Shown here: piece after piece, positions 51,611-64,000 of the stretch
How the letters are laid out: every line of letters starts with the position of its first letter
Numbering within the stretch: position 1 is the first letter of the stretch
Source: Eledone cirrhosa
Lineage: Eukaryota
Assembly: GCA_964016885.1 (NCBI GenBank)
Contig: OZ024742.1
Span: 360,468,001 to 360,532,000 of the forward strand
DNA: 64,000 nucleotides
Direction: 5' to 3'
Position numbers and translations under genes: made by a program
Notes under the pieces: generated by a model
Told to the model about the DNA's origin: nothing
What the model saw: only the letters and a program-made list of their open reading frames with translations
Databases searched by the model: none

Positions 51611-52045
51611 GGTGTTTTGTCATTACTCTCGTGGTGGAGCGTCTGCAGGTCGGAGAGGGTTCTCCCACTGTCCAGGTTTATATTATTGTGGTAGAGATGG
51701 TAATGGTGGTGGTGGTAGAAGTGGTGGTGGTGGTAGAGGTGGTAGTGGTGGTGGTGGTGGTAGAGATGTTGGTGGTGGTAGGTAGAGGTGGTGGTGGTGG
51801 TAGAGATGTTGGTAGTGATGGTAGAGGTGGTGGTGGTGGTGGTAGAGGCGGTAGTGGTGATGGTGGTAGAGGTGGTGGTGGTGGTTTATGTACTTATATA
51901 TATATAAGTACACAGAGATCTGTACCCGAGAGAGAAAAAGGAATGGCATAGACGAGAGGGAGAGAGATAGAAAGATAGATAGATAGATAGAAAGAGAAAG
52001 GGAGAGATAGATTGATAGCTAGAGAGAGAAAGAGATAGATAGAGA

Positions 52046-52076
<31 letters not shown>

Positions 52077-52130
52077 GGAGAGAGATAAAGAGAGACAGAT
52101 AGAGATATAAAGATAGATAGAGAGAGAGGG

Positions 52131-52187
<57 letters not shown>

Positions 52188-52267
52188 GAGAGAGAGAGAG
52201 GGGAGAGGAATGAGGAGAATGAAAGGTTAAGACTGACAAGAGAGACGTGTGAACAAACGATTTAAAC

Positions 52268-52269
<2 letters not shown>

Positions 52270-52299
<30 letters not shown>

Positions 52300-55200
52300 A
52301 AGAAGAGATAGTTCTAGAGAAAGAGGGAAGAAGAGATAGTTCTAGAGAGAGGGGGGAAGAAGAGATAGTTCTAGAGAGAGGGGGGAAGAAGAGATAGTTC
52401 TAGAGAGAGGGGGGAAGAAGAGATAGTTCTAGAGAGAGGGGGGAAGAAGAGATAGTTCTAGAGAGAGGGGGGAAGAAGAGATAGTTCTAGAGAGAGGAGG
52501 AAGAAGAGATACTTCTAGAGAGAGGGGGGAAGAAGCGATAGTTCTAGAGAGAGAGGGAAGAAGAGATAATTCTAGAGAGAGGGGGGAAGAAGCGATAGTT
52601 CTAGAGAGAGGGGGAAGAAGAGATAATTCTACAGAAAGGAGGTGGGAGAATAGATAGTTCTAGAGAGGGGGGAAGAAGAGATAGTACTAGAGAGAGGGGG
52701 ATAAGAGACAGTTCGAGAGAGAGGGAGGAGAACAGATAGTTCTAGAGAGAGGGGTCGAAGAAGAGATAGTTCTAGAGAGAGTGTGCAAGAAGAGATAGTT
52801 CAAGAGAGAGGGGACAAGAAGAGATAGTTCTAGAAAGAGGGGGGAAGAAGAGATAGTTCTAGAGAGAGGGGACAAGAAGAGATAGTTCTAGAAAGAGGGG
52901 GGAAGAAGAGATAGTTCTAGAGAGGGGTGGAGGAGTAGATATAGTTCTAGAGAGAGGGGGAAGAGATAGTTGTAGAGAGAGAGGGAAGAGATACTTCTAG
53001 AGAGAGAAGGAAGAAGACATAGTTCTAGAGAGAGGGGGGAAGAAGAGATAGTTCTACAGAGGGGTAAGAAGCGATAGTTCTAAGAGAGGGGGAAGAAGAG
53101 ATAGGTCTAGAGAGGGGGAAGAAGAGATAGTTCTAGAGAGAGGTAGAAGAAGAGATAGTTCTAGAGAGAGGTGGAAGAAGAGATAGTTCTAGAGAGAGGT
53201 GGAAGAAGAGATAGTTCTAGAGGGCGGGGGAAGAAGAGATAGTTCTAGAGAGAGGGGGGAATAAGAGATAGTTCTGCAGAGAGGGGGGAAGAAGAGATAG
53301 TTCTAGAGAGAGGCGGCGGAGAAGAGACAGTTCTAGAGAGAAGAGGAAGAAGAGACAGTTCTAGAGAGAGGGGGAATAAGAGATAGTTCTATAGAGAGGG
53401 GGGGTAAGAAGAGATAGTTGTAAAGAGAGGGGGAAGAAGAGATAGTTTTAGAGAGAGGGGGTGGGCAAAGAGATAATTCTAGAGAGAGGAGGGAAGAAAA
53501 GATAGATCTAGAGAGAGGGGGGAAGAAGAGATAGTTAGAGAGAGAGTGGGCAAGAAGAGATAGTTCTAGAGAGAGGGGACAAGAAGAGATAGTTCTAGAA
53601 AGAGGGGGGAAGTAGAGATAGTTCTAGAGAAAGGGGGAAGAAGAGATAGTTCTAGAGAGGGGTGGGGGAGTAGATATAGTTCTAGAGAGAGGGGGAAGAA
53701 GAGATAGTTGTAGAGAGAGAGGGAAGAGATACTTCTAGAGAGAGAGGGAAGAAGACATAGTTCTAGAGAGAGAGGGGGAAGAAGAGATAGTTCTACAGAG
53801 GGGTAAGACGCGATAGTTCTAAGAGAGGGGGAAGAAGAGATAGGGCTAGAGAGGGGGGAAGAAGAGATAGTTCTAGAGAGAGGTGGAAGAAGAGATGGTT
53901 CTAGAGAGAGGTGGAAGAAGAGACAGTTCTAGAGAGAGGGGGAATAAGAGATAGTTCTATAGAGAGGGGGGTAAGAAGAGATAGTTCTATAGAGAGGGGG
54001 AAGAAGAGATAGTTTTAGAGAGAGGGGGTGGGCGAAGAGATAATTCTAGAGAGAGGGGGAAGAAAAGATAGTTCTAGAGAGAGGGGGGAAAGAAGAGATA
54101 GTTAAAGAGAGAGTGGGCAAGAAGAGATAGTTCTAGAGAGAGGGGACAAGAAGAGATAGTTCTAGAAAGAGCGGGGCAGAAGAGATAGTTCTAGAGAGAG
54201 GGGGAAGAAGAGATTTTTCTAGAGAGGGGTGGGGGAGTAGATATAGTTCTAGAGAGAGGGGTAAGAAGAGATACTTCTAGAGAGAGAGGGAAGAAGACAT
54301 AGTTCTAGAGACAGAGGGGGAAGAAGAGATAGTTCTACAGAGGGGTAAGAAGTGATAGTTCTAAGAGAGGGGGAAGAAGAGATAGGTCTAGAGAGGGGGG
54401 AAGAAGAGATAGTTCTAGAGAGAGGTGGAAGAAGAGATAGTTCTAGAGAGAGGGGGGAAGAAGAGATAGTTCTAGAGAGGGGGGAGTAGTGATAGTTCTA
54501 GAGAGCGGGGTAAGAAGAGATAGTTGTAAAGAGAGAGCGAAGAGATACTTCTAGAGAGAGAGGGAAGAAGACATAGTTCTAGAGAGAGGGGGGAAGAAGA
54601 GATAGTTCTAGAGAGGGGGGAATGAGTGATAGTTCTAGAGAGAGTGGGGAAGAAGAGATAGTTCAAGAGAGAGGGGGGAAGAAGAGATAGTTCTAGAGAG
54701 AGAGGGAAGAAGAGATAGTTCTAGAGAGAGTGGTGAAGAAGAGATAATTCTAGAGAGAGGGGGAAGAAGAGATAGTTCTAGAGAGTGGGGGGAAGAAGAG
54801 ATAGTTCTAGAGAGGGGGGAATCAGTGATAGTTCTAGAGAGAGTGGGGAAGAAGAGATAGTTCAAGAGAGAGGGGGGAAGAAGAGATAGTTCTAGAGAGA
54901 GGGGGATGAAGAGATAGTTCTAGAGAGAGGGGGAAGAAGAGATAGTTCTAGAGAGAGGGGGAAGAAGAGATAGTTCCAGAGAGAGGGGGAAGAAGAGATA
55001 GTTCTAGAGAGAGGGGGGAGAAGAGATAGTTCTAGAGAGAGGGGGAGAAGAAGAGATAGTTCTATAGAGGGGGGAAAAGAGATAGTTCTATAGAGGGGGT
55101 AAGAAGAGATAGTTCTAGAGAGAGCGGAAAGAAGAGATAGTTCTAGAGAGAGGGGAAAAAGAGATAGTTCTAGAGAGAGGCGGAAGAAGAGATAGTTCTA

Positions 55201-58200
55201 GAGAGAGGGGGAAAAGAGTTAGTTCTAGAGAGAGGGGGAAGTAGATATAGTTCTAGAGAGATGGGGAAGAAGAGATAATTCTAGAGAGAGGGGGGAGGAA
55301 GATATAGTTCCAGAATGAGAGGGGGAAAGAAATAGTTCTAGAGAGAGGGGGGAAGAAGAGATAGTTCTAGAGAGAGGGAGAAGAAGAGATAGTTCTAGAG
55401 AGAGGGGGAAAAGAGATAGTTCTAGAGAGAGGGGGAAGAAGTGATAGTTCTAGAGAGAGGGGGAAGAAGAGATAGTTCTAGAGAGAGAGGGAAGAAGAGA
55501 TAGTTCTAGAGAGAGTGGTAAAAGTGATAGTTCTAGAGAGAGGGGGGAAGTAGATATAGTTCTAGAAAGGGGGGAAGAAGAGATAGTTCTAGAGAGAGGG
55601 GGAAGAAGAGATAATTCTAGAGAGAGGGGGAAGAAGAGGTAGTTCTAGAGAGAGGGGGACAAGAGATAGTTCTAGAGAGAGAGGGGAAGTAGATATAGTT
55701 CCAGAGAGAGAGGGGGAAAAGAAATAATTCTAAAGAGAGGGGGGAAGAAGAGATAGTTGTAGAGAGAGGGAGAAGAGGAGATAGTTCTAGAGAGAGGGGT
55801 GAAGAAGAGATAGTTCTAGAGAGAGGGGGGAAGAAGAGATAGTTCTAGAGAGAAGAAGAGATAGTTCTAGAGAGAGGGGTGAAGAAGAGATAGTTCTAGA
55901 GAGGGGGGGTAGAAGAGATAGTTCTATTGAGTGAGGGGAGAAGAGAGTGTTCTAGAGAAAGAGGGAAGAGATAGTTCTAGAGAGAGGGGGAAGAAGAGAT
56001 AGTACTAGAGAGGGGTGGGGGAGTAGATATAGTTCTAGAGAGAGGGGGAAGAAGAGATAGTTGTAGAGAGAGAGGGAAGAGATACTTCTAGAGAGAGAGG
56101 GAAGAAGACATAGTTCTAGAGAGAGAGGGGGAAGAAGAGATAGTTCTACAGAGGGGTAAGACGCGATAGTTCTAAGAGAGGGGGAAGAAGAGATAGGGCT
56201 AGAGAGGGGGGAAGAAGAGATAGTTCTAGAGAGAGGTGGAAGAAGAGATGGTTCTAGAGAGAGGTGGAAGAAGAGACAGTTCTAGAGAGAGGGGGAATAA
56301 GAGATAGTTCTATAGAGAGGGGGTAAGAAGAGATAGTTCTATAGAGAGGGGGAAGAAGAGATAGTTTTAGAGAGAGGGGGTGGGCGAAGAGATAATTCTA
56401 GAGAGAGGGGGAAGAAAAGATAGTTCTAGAGAGAGGGGGGAAAGAAGAGATAGTTAAAGAGAGAGTGGGCAAGAAGAGATAGTTCTAGAGAGAGGGGACA
56501 AGAAGAGATAGTTCTAGAAAGAGCGGGGCAGAAGAGATAGTTCTAGAGAGAGGGGGAAGAAGAGATTTTTCTAGAGAGGGGTGGGGGAGTAGATATAGTT
56601 CTAGAGAGAGGGGTAAGAAGAGATACTTCTAGAGAGAGAGGGAAGAAGACATAGTTCTAGAGACAGAGGGGGAAGAAGAGATAGTTCTACAGAGGGGTAA
56701 GAAGTGATAGTTCTAAGAGAGGGGGAAGAAGAGATAGGTCTAGAGAGGGGGGAAGAAGAGATAGTTCTAGAGAGAGGTGGAAGAAGAGATAGTTCTAGAG
56801 AGAGGGGGGAAGAAGAGATAGTTCTAGAGAGGGGGGAGTAGTGATAGTTCTAGAGAGCGGGGTAAGAAGAGATAGTTGTAAAGAGAGAGCGAAGAGATAC
56901 TTCTAGAGAGAGAGGGAAGAAGACATAGTTCTAGAGAGAGAGGGGAAGAAGAGATAGTTCTAGAGAGGGGGGGAATGAGTGATAGTTCTAGAGAGAGTGG
57001 GGTAGAAGAGATAGTTCAAGAGAGAGGGGGGAAGAAGAGATAGTTCTAGAGAGAGAGGGAAGAAGAGATAGTTCTAGAGAGAGTGGTGAAGAAGAGATAA
57101 TTCTAGAGAGAGGGGGAAGAAGAGATAGTTCTAGAGAGAGGGGGGAAGAAGAGATAGTTCTAGAGAGGGGGGAATGAGTGATAGTTCTAGAGAGAGTGGG
57201 GAAGAAGAGATAGTTCAAGAGAGAGGGGGGAAGAAGAGATAGTTCTAGAGAGAGGGGGATGAAGAGATAGTTCTAGAGAGAGGGGGAAGAAGAGATAGTT
57301 CTAGAGAGAGGGGGAAGAAGAGATAGTTCCAGAGAGAGGGGGAAGAAGAGATAGTTCTAGAGAGAGGGGGGAGAAGAGATAGTTCTAGAGAGAGGGGGAG
57401 AAGAAGAGATAGTTCTAGAGAGGGGGGAATAAGAGATAGTTCTATAGAGGGGGGTAAGAAGAGATAGTTCTAGAGAGAGCGGAAAGAAGAGATAGTTCTA
57501 GAGAGAGGGGAAAAAGAGATAGTTCTAGAGAGAGGCGGAAGAAGAGATAGTTCTAGAGAGAGGGGGAAAAGAGTTAGTTCTAGAGAGAGGGGGAAGTAGA
57601 TATAGTTCTAGAGAGATGGGGAAGAAGAGATAATTCTAGAGAGAGGGGGGAGGAAGATATAGTTCCAGAATGAGAGGGGGAAAGAAATAGTTCTAGAGAG
57701 AGGGGGGAAGAAGAGATAGTTCTAGAGAGAGGGAGAAGAAGAGATAGTTCTAGAGAGAGGGGGAAAAGAGATAGTTCTAGAGAGAGGGGGAAGAAGTGAT
57801 AGTTCTAGAGAGAGGGGGAAGAAGAGATAGTTCTAGAGAGAGAGGGAAGAAGAGATAGTTCTAGAGAGAGGGGTAAAAGTGATAGTTCTAGAGAGAGGGG
57901 GGAAGTAGATATAGTTCTAGAAAGGGGGGAAGAAGAGATAGTTCTAGAGAGAGGGGGAAGAAGAGATAATTCTAGAGAGAGGGGGAAGAAGAGATAGTTC
58001 TAGAGAGAGGGGGACAAGAGATAGTTCTAGAGAGAGAGGGGAAGTAGATATAGTTCCAGAGAGAGAGGGGGAAAAGAAATAATTCTAAAGAGAGGGGGGA
58101 AGAAGAGATAGTTGTAGAGAGAGGGAGAAGAGGAGATAGTTCTAGAGAGAGGGGTGAAGAAGAGATAGTTCTAGAGAGAGGGGGGGAAGAAGAGATAGTT

Positions 58201-61200
58201 CTAGAGAGAAGAAGAGATAGTTCTAGAGAGAGGGATGAAGAAGAGATAGTTCTAGAGAGGGGGGGTAGAAGAGATAGTTCTATTGAGTGAGGGGAGAAGA
58301 GAGTGTTCTAGAGAAAGAGGGAAGAGATAGTTCTAGAGAGAGGGGGAAGAAGAGATAGTACTAGAGAGATGGGAGTGGGGACGAAGAGATAGTTCTAGAG
58401 AGAGGGGTGAGAAGAGATAGTTCTAGAGAGCGGGGGAAGAAGAGATAGTTCTAGAGAGAGGGGGTAAGAAGAGATAGTTCTAGAGAGAGGGGGCGGTGAA
58501 GATATAGTTCTAGAGAGAGGGGTGTAGAAGAGACAGTTCTAGAGAGAGGAGAGAAGAAGAGATAGTTCTAGAGAGAGGGGGAAGAAGAGATAGTTCTAGA
58601 GAGAGCGGGATAGAAGAGATAGTTCTAGAGAGATGGGGTGAAGAAGAGATAGTTCTAGAAAGGGGGGTAGAAGAGATAGTTCTAGAGAGAGTGGGAAGAA
58701 GAGATAGTTCTAGAAAGAGGGGGAAGAAGAGATAGTTCTAGAGAGAGGGGGAAGAAGAGATAGTTCTAGACAGAGGGGGAGGAAGAAGAGAAAGTTCTAG
58801 AGACAGGGAGGAAGAAGAGATAGTTCTAGGTGGAACGGGAAGGAGACATAGTTCTAGAGGGAGGGGGAGGGAGTAGAGACAGTTCTAGAGAGAGGAGGAA
58901 CAAGAGATAGTTCTAGAGAGAAAGAGAGAAGAAGAGATAGTTCTAGAGAGAGGGGGATGTAGATATAGTTCCAGAGAGAGAGGGTAAAAGAGATAATTCT
59001 AGATAGAGGGGGAAGAAGAGATTGTTCTAGAGAGAGGGGAAAGAAGAGATAGTTTAGAGAGAGGGGGAAAAGAGATAGTTCTAGAGAGAGGCGGAAGAAG
59101 AGATAGTTCTAGAGAGAGGGGGAAAAGAGTTAGTTCTAGAGAGAGGGGGATGAAGTGATAGTTCTAGAGAGAGGGGGAAGAAGAGATAGTTCTAGAGAGA
59201 GGGGGAGGAAGAGATAGTTCTAGAGAGAGGGGGAAGAAGAGATAGTTCTAGAGAGAGGGGGAGAAGAGATAGTTCTAGAGAGAGGGGGAGAAGAAGAGAT
59301 AGTTCTAGAGAGGGGGGAATAAGAGATAGTTCTATAGAGGGGGTAAGAAGAGATAGTTCTAGAGAGAGGCGGAAGAAGAGATAGTTCTAGTGAGAGGGGG
59401 AAAAGAGTTAGTTCTAGAGAGAGGGGGAAGTAGATATAGTTCTAGAGAGAGGGGGAAGAAGAGATAATTCTAGAGAGAGGGGGCAAGTAGATATAGTTCC
59501 AGAATGAGAGGGGGAAAGAAATCGTTCTAGAGAGAGGGGGGAAGAAGAGATAGTTCTAGAGAGTGGGGGAAAAGAGATAGTTCTAGAGAGAGGGGGAAGA
59601 AGTGATAGTTCTAGAGAGAGGGTGAAGAAGAGATAGTTCTAGAGAGAGGGGTAAAAGAGATAGTTCTAGAGAGAGGGGGAAGAAGTGATAGTTCTAGAGA
59701 GAGGGGGAAGAAGAGATAGTTCTAGAGAGAGAGGGAAGAAGAGATAGTTCTAGAGAGAGGGGTAAAAGTGATAGTTCTAGAGAGAGGGGGGAAGTAGATA
59801 TAGTTCTAGAAAGGGGGGAAGAAGAGATAGTTCTAGAGAGAGGGGGAAGAAGAGATAATTCTAGAGAGAGGGGGAAGAAGAGATAGTTCTAGAGAGAGGG
59901 GGACAAGAGATAGTTCTAGAGAGAGAGGGGAAGTAGATATAGTTCCAGAGAGAGAGGGGGAAAAGAAATAATTCTAAAGAGAGGGGGGAAGAAGAGATAG
60001 TTGTAGAGAGAGGGAGAAGAGGAGATAGTTCTAGAGAGAGGGGTGAAGAAGAGATAGTTCTAGAGAGAGGGGGGAAGAAGAGATAGTTCTAGAGAGAAGA
60101 AGAGATAGTTCTAGAGAGAGGGGTGAAGAAGAGATAGTTCTAGAGAGGGGGGGTAGAAGAGATAGTTCTATTGAGTGAGGGGAGAAGAGAGTGTTCTAGA
60201 GAAAGAGGGAAGAGATAGTTCTAGAGAGAGGGGGAAGAAGAGATAGTACTAGAGAGGGGTGGGGGAGTAGATATAGTTCTAGAGAGAGGGGGAAGAAGAG
60301 ATAGTTGTAGAGAGAGAGGGAAGAGATACTTCTAGAGAGAGAGGGAAGAAGACATAGTTCTAGAGAGAGAGGGGAAGAAGAGATAGTTCTACAGAGGGGT
60401 AAGACGCGATAGTTCTAAGAGAGGGGGAAGAAGAGATAGGGCTAGAGAGGGGGGAAGAAGAGATAGTTCTAGAGAGAGGTGGAAGAAGAGATGGTTCTAG
60501 AGAGAGGTGGAAGAAGAGACAGTTCTAGAGAGAGGGGGAATAAGAGATAGTTCTATAGAGAGGGGGGTAAGAAGAGATAGTTCTATAGAGAGGGGGAAGA
60601 AGAGATAGTTTTAGAGAGAGGGGGTGGGCGAAGAGATAATTCTAGAGAGAGGGGGAAGAAAAGATAGTTCTAGAGAGAGGGGGGAAAGAAGAGATAGTTA
60701 AAGAGAGAGTGGGCAAGAAGAGATAGTTCTAGAGAGAGGGGACAAGAAGAGATAGTTCTAGAAAGAGCGGGGCAGAAGAGATAGTTCTAGAGAGAGGGGG
60801 AAGATGAGATTTTTCTAGAGAGGGGTGCGGGAGTAGATATAGTTCTAGAGAGAGGGGTAAGAAGAGATACTTCTAGAGAGAGAGGGAAGAAGACATAGTT
60901 CTAGAGACAGAGGGGGAAGAAGTGATAGTTCTACAGAGGGGTAAGAAGTGATAGTTCTAAGAGAGGGGGAAGAAGAGATAGGTCTAGAGAGGGGGGAAGA
61001 AGAGATAGTTCTAGAGAGGGGGGAGTAGTGATAGTTCTAGAGAGCGGGGTAAGAAGAGATAGTTGTAAAGAGAGAGCGAAGAGATACTTCTAGAGAGAGA
61101 GGGAAGAAGACATAGTTCTAGAGAGAGGGGGGGAAGAAGAGATAGTTCTAGAGAGGGGGGGAATGAGTGATAGTTCTAGAGAGAGTGGGGAAGAAGAGAT

Positions 61201-64000
61201 AGTTCAAGAGAGAGGGGGGAAGAAGAGATTGTTCTAGAGAGAGAGGGAAGAAGAGATAGTTCTAGAGAGAGTGGTGAAGAAGAGATAATTCTAGAGAGAG
61301 GGGGAAGAAGAGATAGTTCCAGAGAGAGGGGGAAGAAGAGATAGTTCTAGAGAGAGGGGGGAGAAGAGATAGTTCTAGAGAGAGGGGGAGAAGAAGAGAT
61401 AGTTCTAGAGAGGGGGGAATAAGAGATAGTTCTATAGAGGGGGGTAAGAAGAGATAGTTCTAGAGAGAGCGGAAAGAAGAGATAGTTCTAGAGAGAGGGG
61501 AAAAAGAGATAGTTCTAGAGAGAGGCGGAAGAAGAGATAGTTCTAGAGAGAGGGGGAAAAGAGTTAGTTCTAGAGAGAGGGGGAAGTAGATATAGTTCTA
61601 GAGAGATGGGGAAGAAGAGATAATTCTAGAGAGAGGGGGGAGGAAGATATAGTTCCAGAATGAGAGGGGGAAAGAAATAGTTCTAGAGAGAGGGGGGAAG
61701 AAGAGATAGTTCTAGAGAGAGGGAGAAGAAGAGATAGTTCTAGAGAGAGGGGGAAAAGAGATAGTTCTAGAGAGAGGGGGAAGAAGTGATAGTTCTAGAG
61801 AGAGGGGGAAGAAGAGATAGTTCTAGAGAGAGTGGGAAGAAGAGATAGTTCTAGAGAGAGGGGTAAAAGTGATAGTTCTAGAGAGAGGGGGGAAGTAGAT
61901 ATAGTTCTAGAAAGGGGGGAAGAAGAGATAGTTCTAGAGAGAGGGGGAAGAAGAGATAATTCTAGAGAGAGGGGGAAGAAGAGATAGTTCTAGAGAGAGG
62001 TGGACAAGAGATAGTTCTAGAGAGAGAGGGGAAGTAGATATAGTTCCAGAGAGAGAGGGGGAAAAGAAATAATTCTAAAGAGAGGGGGGAAGAAGAGATA
62101 GTTGTAGAGAGAGGGAGAAGAGGAGATAGTTCTAGAGAGAGGGGTGAAGAAGAGATAGTTCTAGAGAGAGGGGGGGAAGAAGAGATAGTTCTAGAGAGAA
62201 GAAGAGATAGTTCTAGAGAGAGAGGGGTGAAGAAGAGATAGTTCTAGAGAGGGGGGTAGAAGAGATAGTTCTATTGAGTGAGGGGAGAAGAGAGTGTTCT
62301 AGAGAAAGAGGGAAGAGATAGTTCTAGAGAGAGGGGGAAGAAGAGATAGTACTATAGAGATGGGGGTGGGGACGAAGAGATAGTTCTAGAGAGAGGGGGG
62401 AGAAGAGATAGTTCTAGAGAGCGGGGGAAGAAGAGATAGTTCTAGAGAGAGGGGGTAAGAAGAGATAGTTCTAGAGAGAGGGGGCGGTGAAGATATAGTT
62501 CTAGAGAGAGGGGTGTAGAAGAGACAGTTCTAGAGAGAGGAGAGAAGAAGAGATAGTTCTAGAGAGAGGGGGAAGAAGAGATAGTTCTAGAGAGAGCGGG
62601 ATAGAAGAGATAGTTCTAGAGAGATGGGGTGAAGAAGAGATAGTTCTAGAAAGGGGGGTAGAAGAGATAGTTCTAGAGAGAGTGGGAAGAAGAGATAGTT
62701 CTAGAGAGAGGGGGAAGAAGAGATAGTTCTAGAGAGAGGGGGAAGAAGAGATAGTTCTAGACAGAGGGGGAGGAAGAAGAGAAAGTTCTAGAGACAGGGA
62801 GGAAGAAGAGATAGTTCTAGGTGGAACGGGAAGGAGACATAGTTCTAGAGGGAGGGGGAGGGAGTAGAGATAGTTCTAGAGAGAAAGAGAGAAGAAGAGA
62901 TAGTTCTAGAGAGAGGGGGATGTAGATATAGTTCCAGAGAGAGAGGGTAAAAGAGATAATTCTAGATAGAGGGGGAAGAAGAGATTGTTCTAGAGAGAGG
63001 GGAAAGAAGAGATAGTTTAGAGAGAGGGGGAAAAGAGATAGTTCTAGAGAGAGGCGGAAGAAGAGATAGTTCTAGAGAGAGGGGGAAAAGAGTTAGATCT
63101 AGAGAGAGGGGGATGAAGTGATAGTTCTAGAGAGAGGGGGAAGAAGAGTTAGTTCTAGAGAGAGGGGGAGGAAGAGATAGTTCTAGAGAGAGGGGGAAGA
63201 AGAGATAGTTCTAGAGAGAGGGGGAGAAGAGATAGTTCTAGAGAGAGGGGGAGAAGAAGAGATAGTTCTAGAGAGGGGGGAATAAGAGATAGTTCTATAG
63301 AGGGGGTAAGAAGAGATAGTTCTAGAGAGAGGCGGAAGAAGAGATAGTTCTAGTGAGAGGGGGAAAAGAGTTAGTTCTAGAGAGAGGGGGAAGTAGATAT
63401 AGTTCTAGAGAGAGGGGGAAGAAGAGATAATTCTAGAGAGAGGGGGCAAGTAGATATAGTTCCAGAATGAGAGGGGGAAAGAAATCGTTCTAGAGAGAGG
63501 GGGGAAGAAGAGATAGTTCTAGAGAGTGGGGGAAGAAGAGATAGTTCTAGAGAGAGGGGGAAAAGAGATAGTTCTAGAGAGAGGGGGAAGAAGTGATAGT
63601 TCTAGAGAGAGGGGGAAGAAGAGATAGTTCTAGAGAGAGAGGGAAGAAGAGATAGTTCTAGAGAGAGGGGGGAAGAAGAGATAGTTCTAGAGAGAAGAAG
63701 AGATAGTTCTAGAGAGAGGGGTGAAGAAGAGATAGTTCTAGAGAGGGGGGTAGAAGAGATAGTTCTAAAGAGAGTGGGAAGAAGAGATAGTTCTAGAGAG
63801 AGGGGGGGAAGAAGAGATAGTTCTATTGAGTGAGGGGAGAAGAGAGTGTTATAGAGAAAGAGGGAAGAGATAGTTCTAGAGAGAGGGGTAAGAAGAGATA
63901 GTACTAGAGAGATGGGGGTGGGGAAGAAGAGATAGTTCTAGAGAGAGGGGGGAGAAGAGATAGTTCTAGAGAGCGGGGGAAGAAGAGATAGTTCTAGAGA
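52270..64000. repeat. ~28-bp purine-rich XbaI satellite, >11.7 kb, with kb-scale higher-order duplications
   Basis: Unit AGTTCTAGAGAGAGGGGGAAGAAGAGAT; rare variants recur at ~2.35 kb and ~4.0 kb spacing; runs off the window end. Confidence 0.98.

Overview
Repeat-saturated eukaryotic (metazoan) DNA. The SINE and MITE families resemble those of coleoid cephalopods (inference). No host gene can be supported, and most listed ORFs are translations of microsatellites. Contents: four large tandem arrays (54/55-bp, 12-bp, 32-bp, ~28-bp) plus a 2.4-kb (GTA)n tract; a decayed Tx1/L1 element; a nest of RTE elements in (TATG)n tracts, three of them with 5' inversions; one intact 1130-aa R4/Dong-clade RT-RLE ORF and truncated R4-clade copies; tRNA-derived SINEs; mariner-type ends; CRE-like 3' fragments. 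The main find is at least three families of non-coding elements that each carry a type I hammerhead ribozyme (HHR) motif. Two are ~420-540-bp partial tandems, all sit beside (TA)n, and each locus has an inverted end segment, so they look like non-LTR retrozymes. One family has an HHR with covarying stems and a covarying pseudoknot. Two Penelope-type HHR ends also occur. All folds were done by eye and none was computed.
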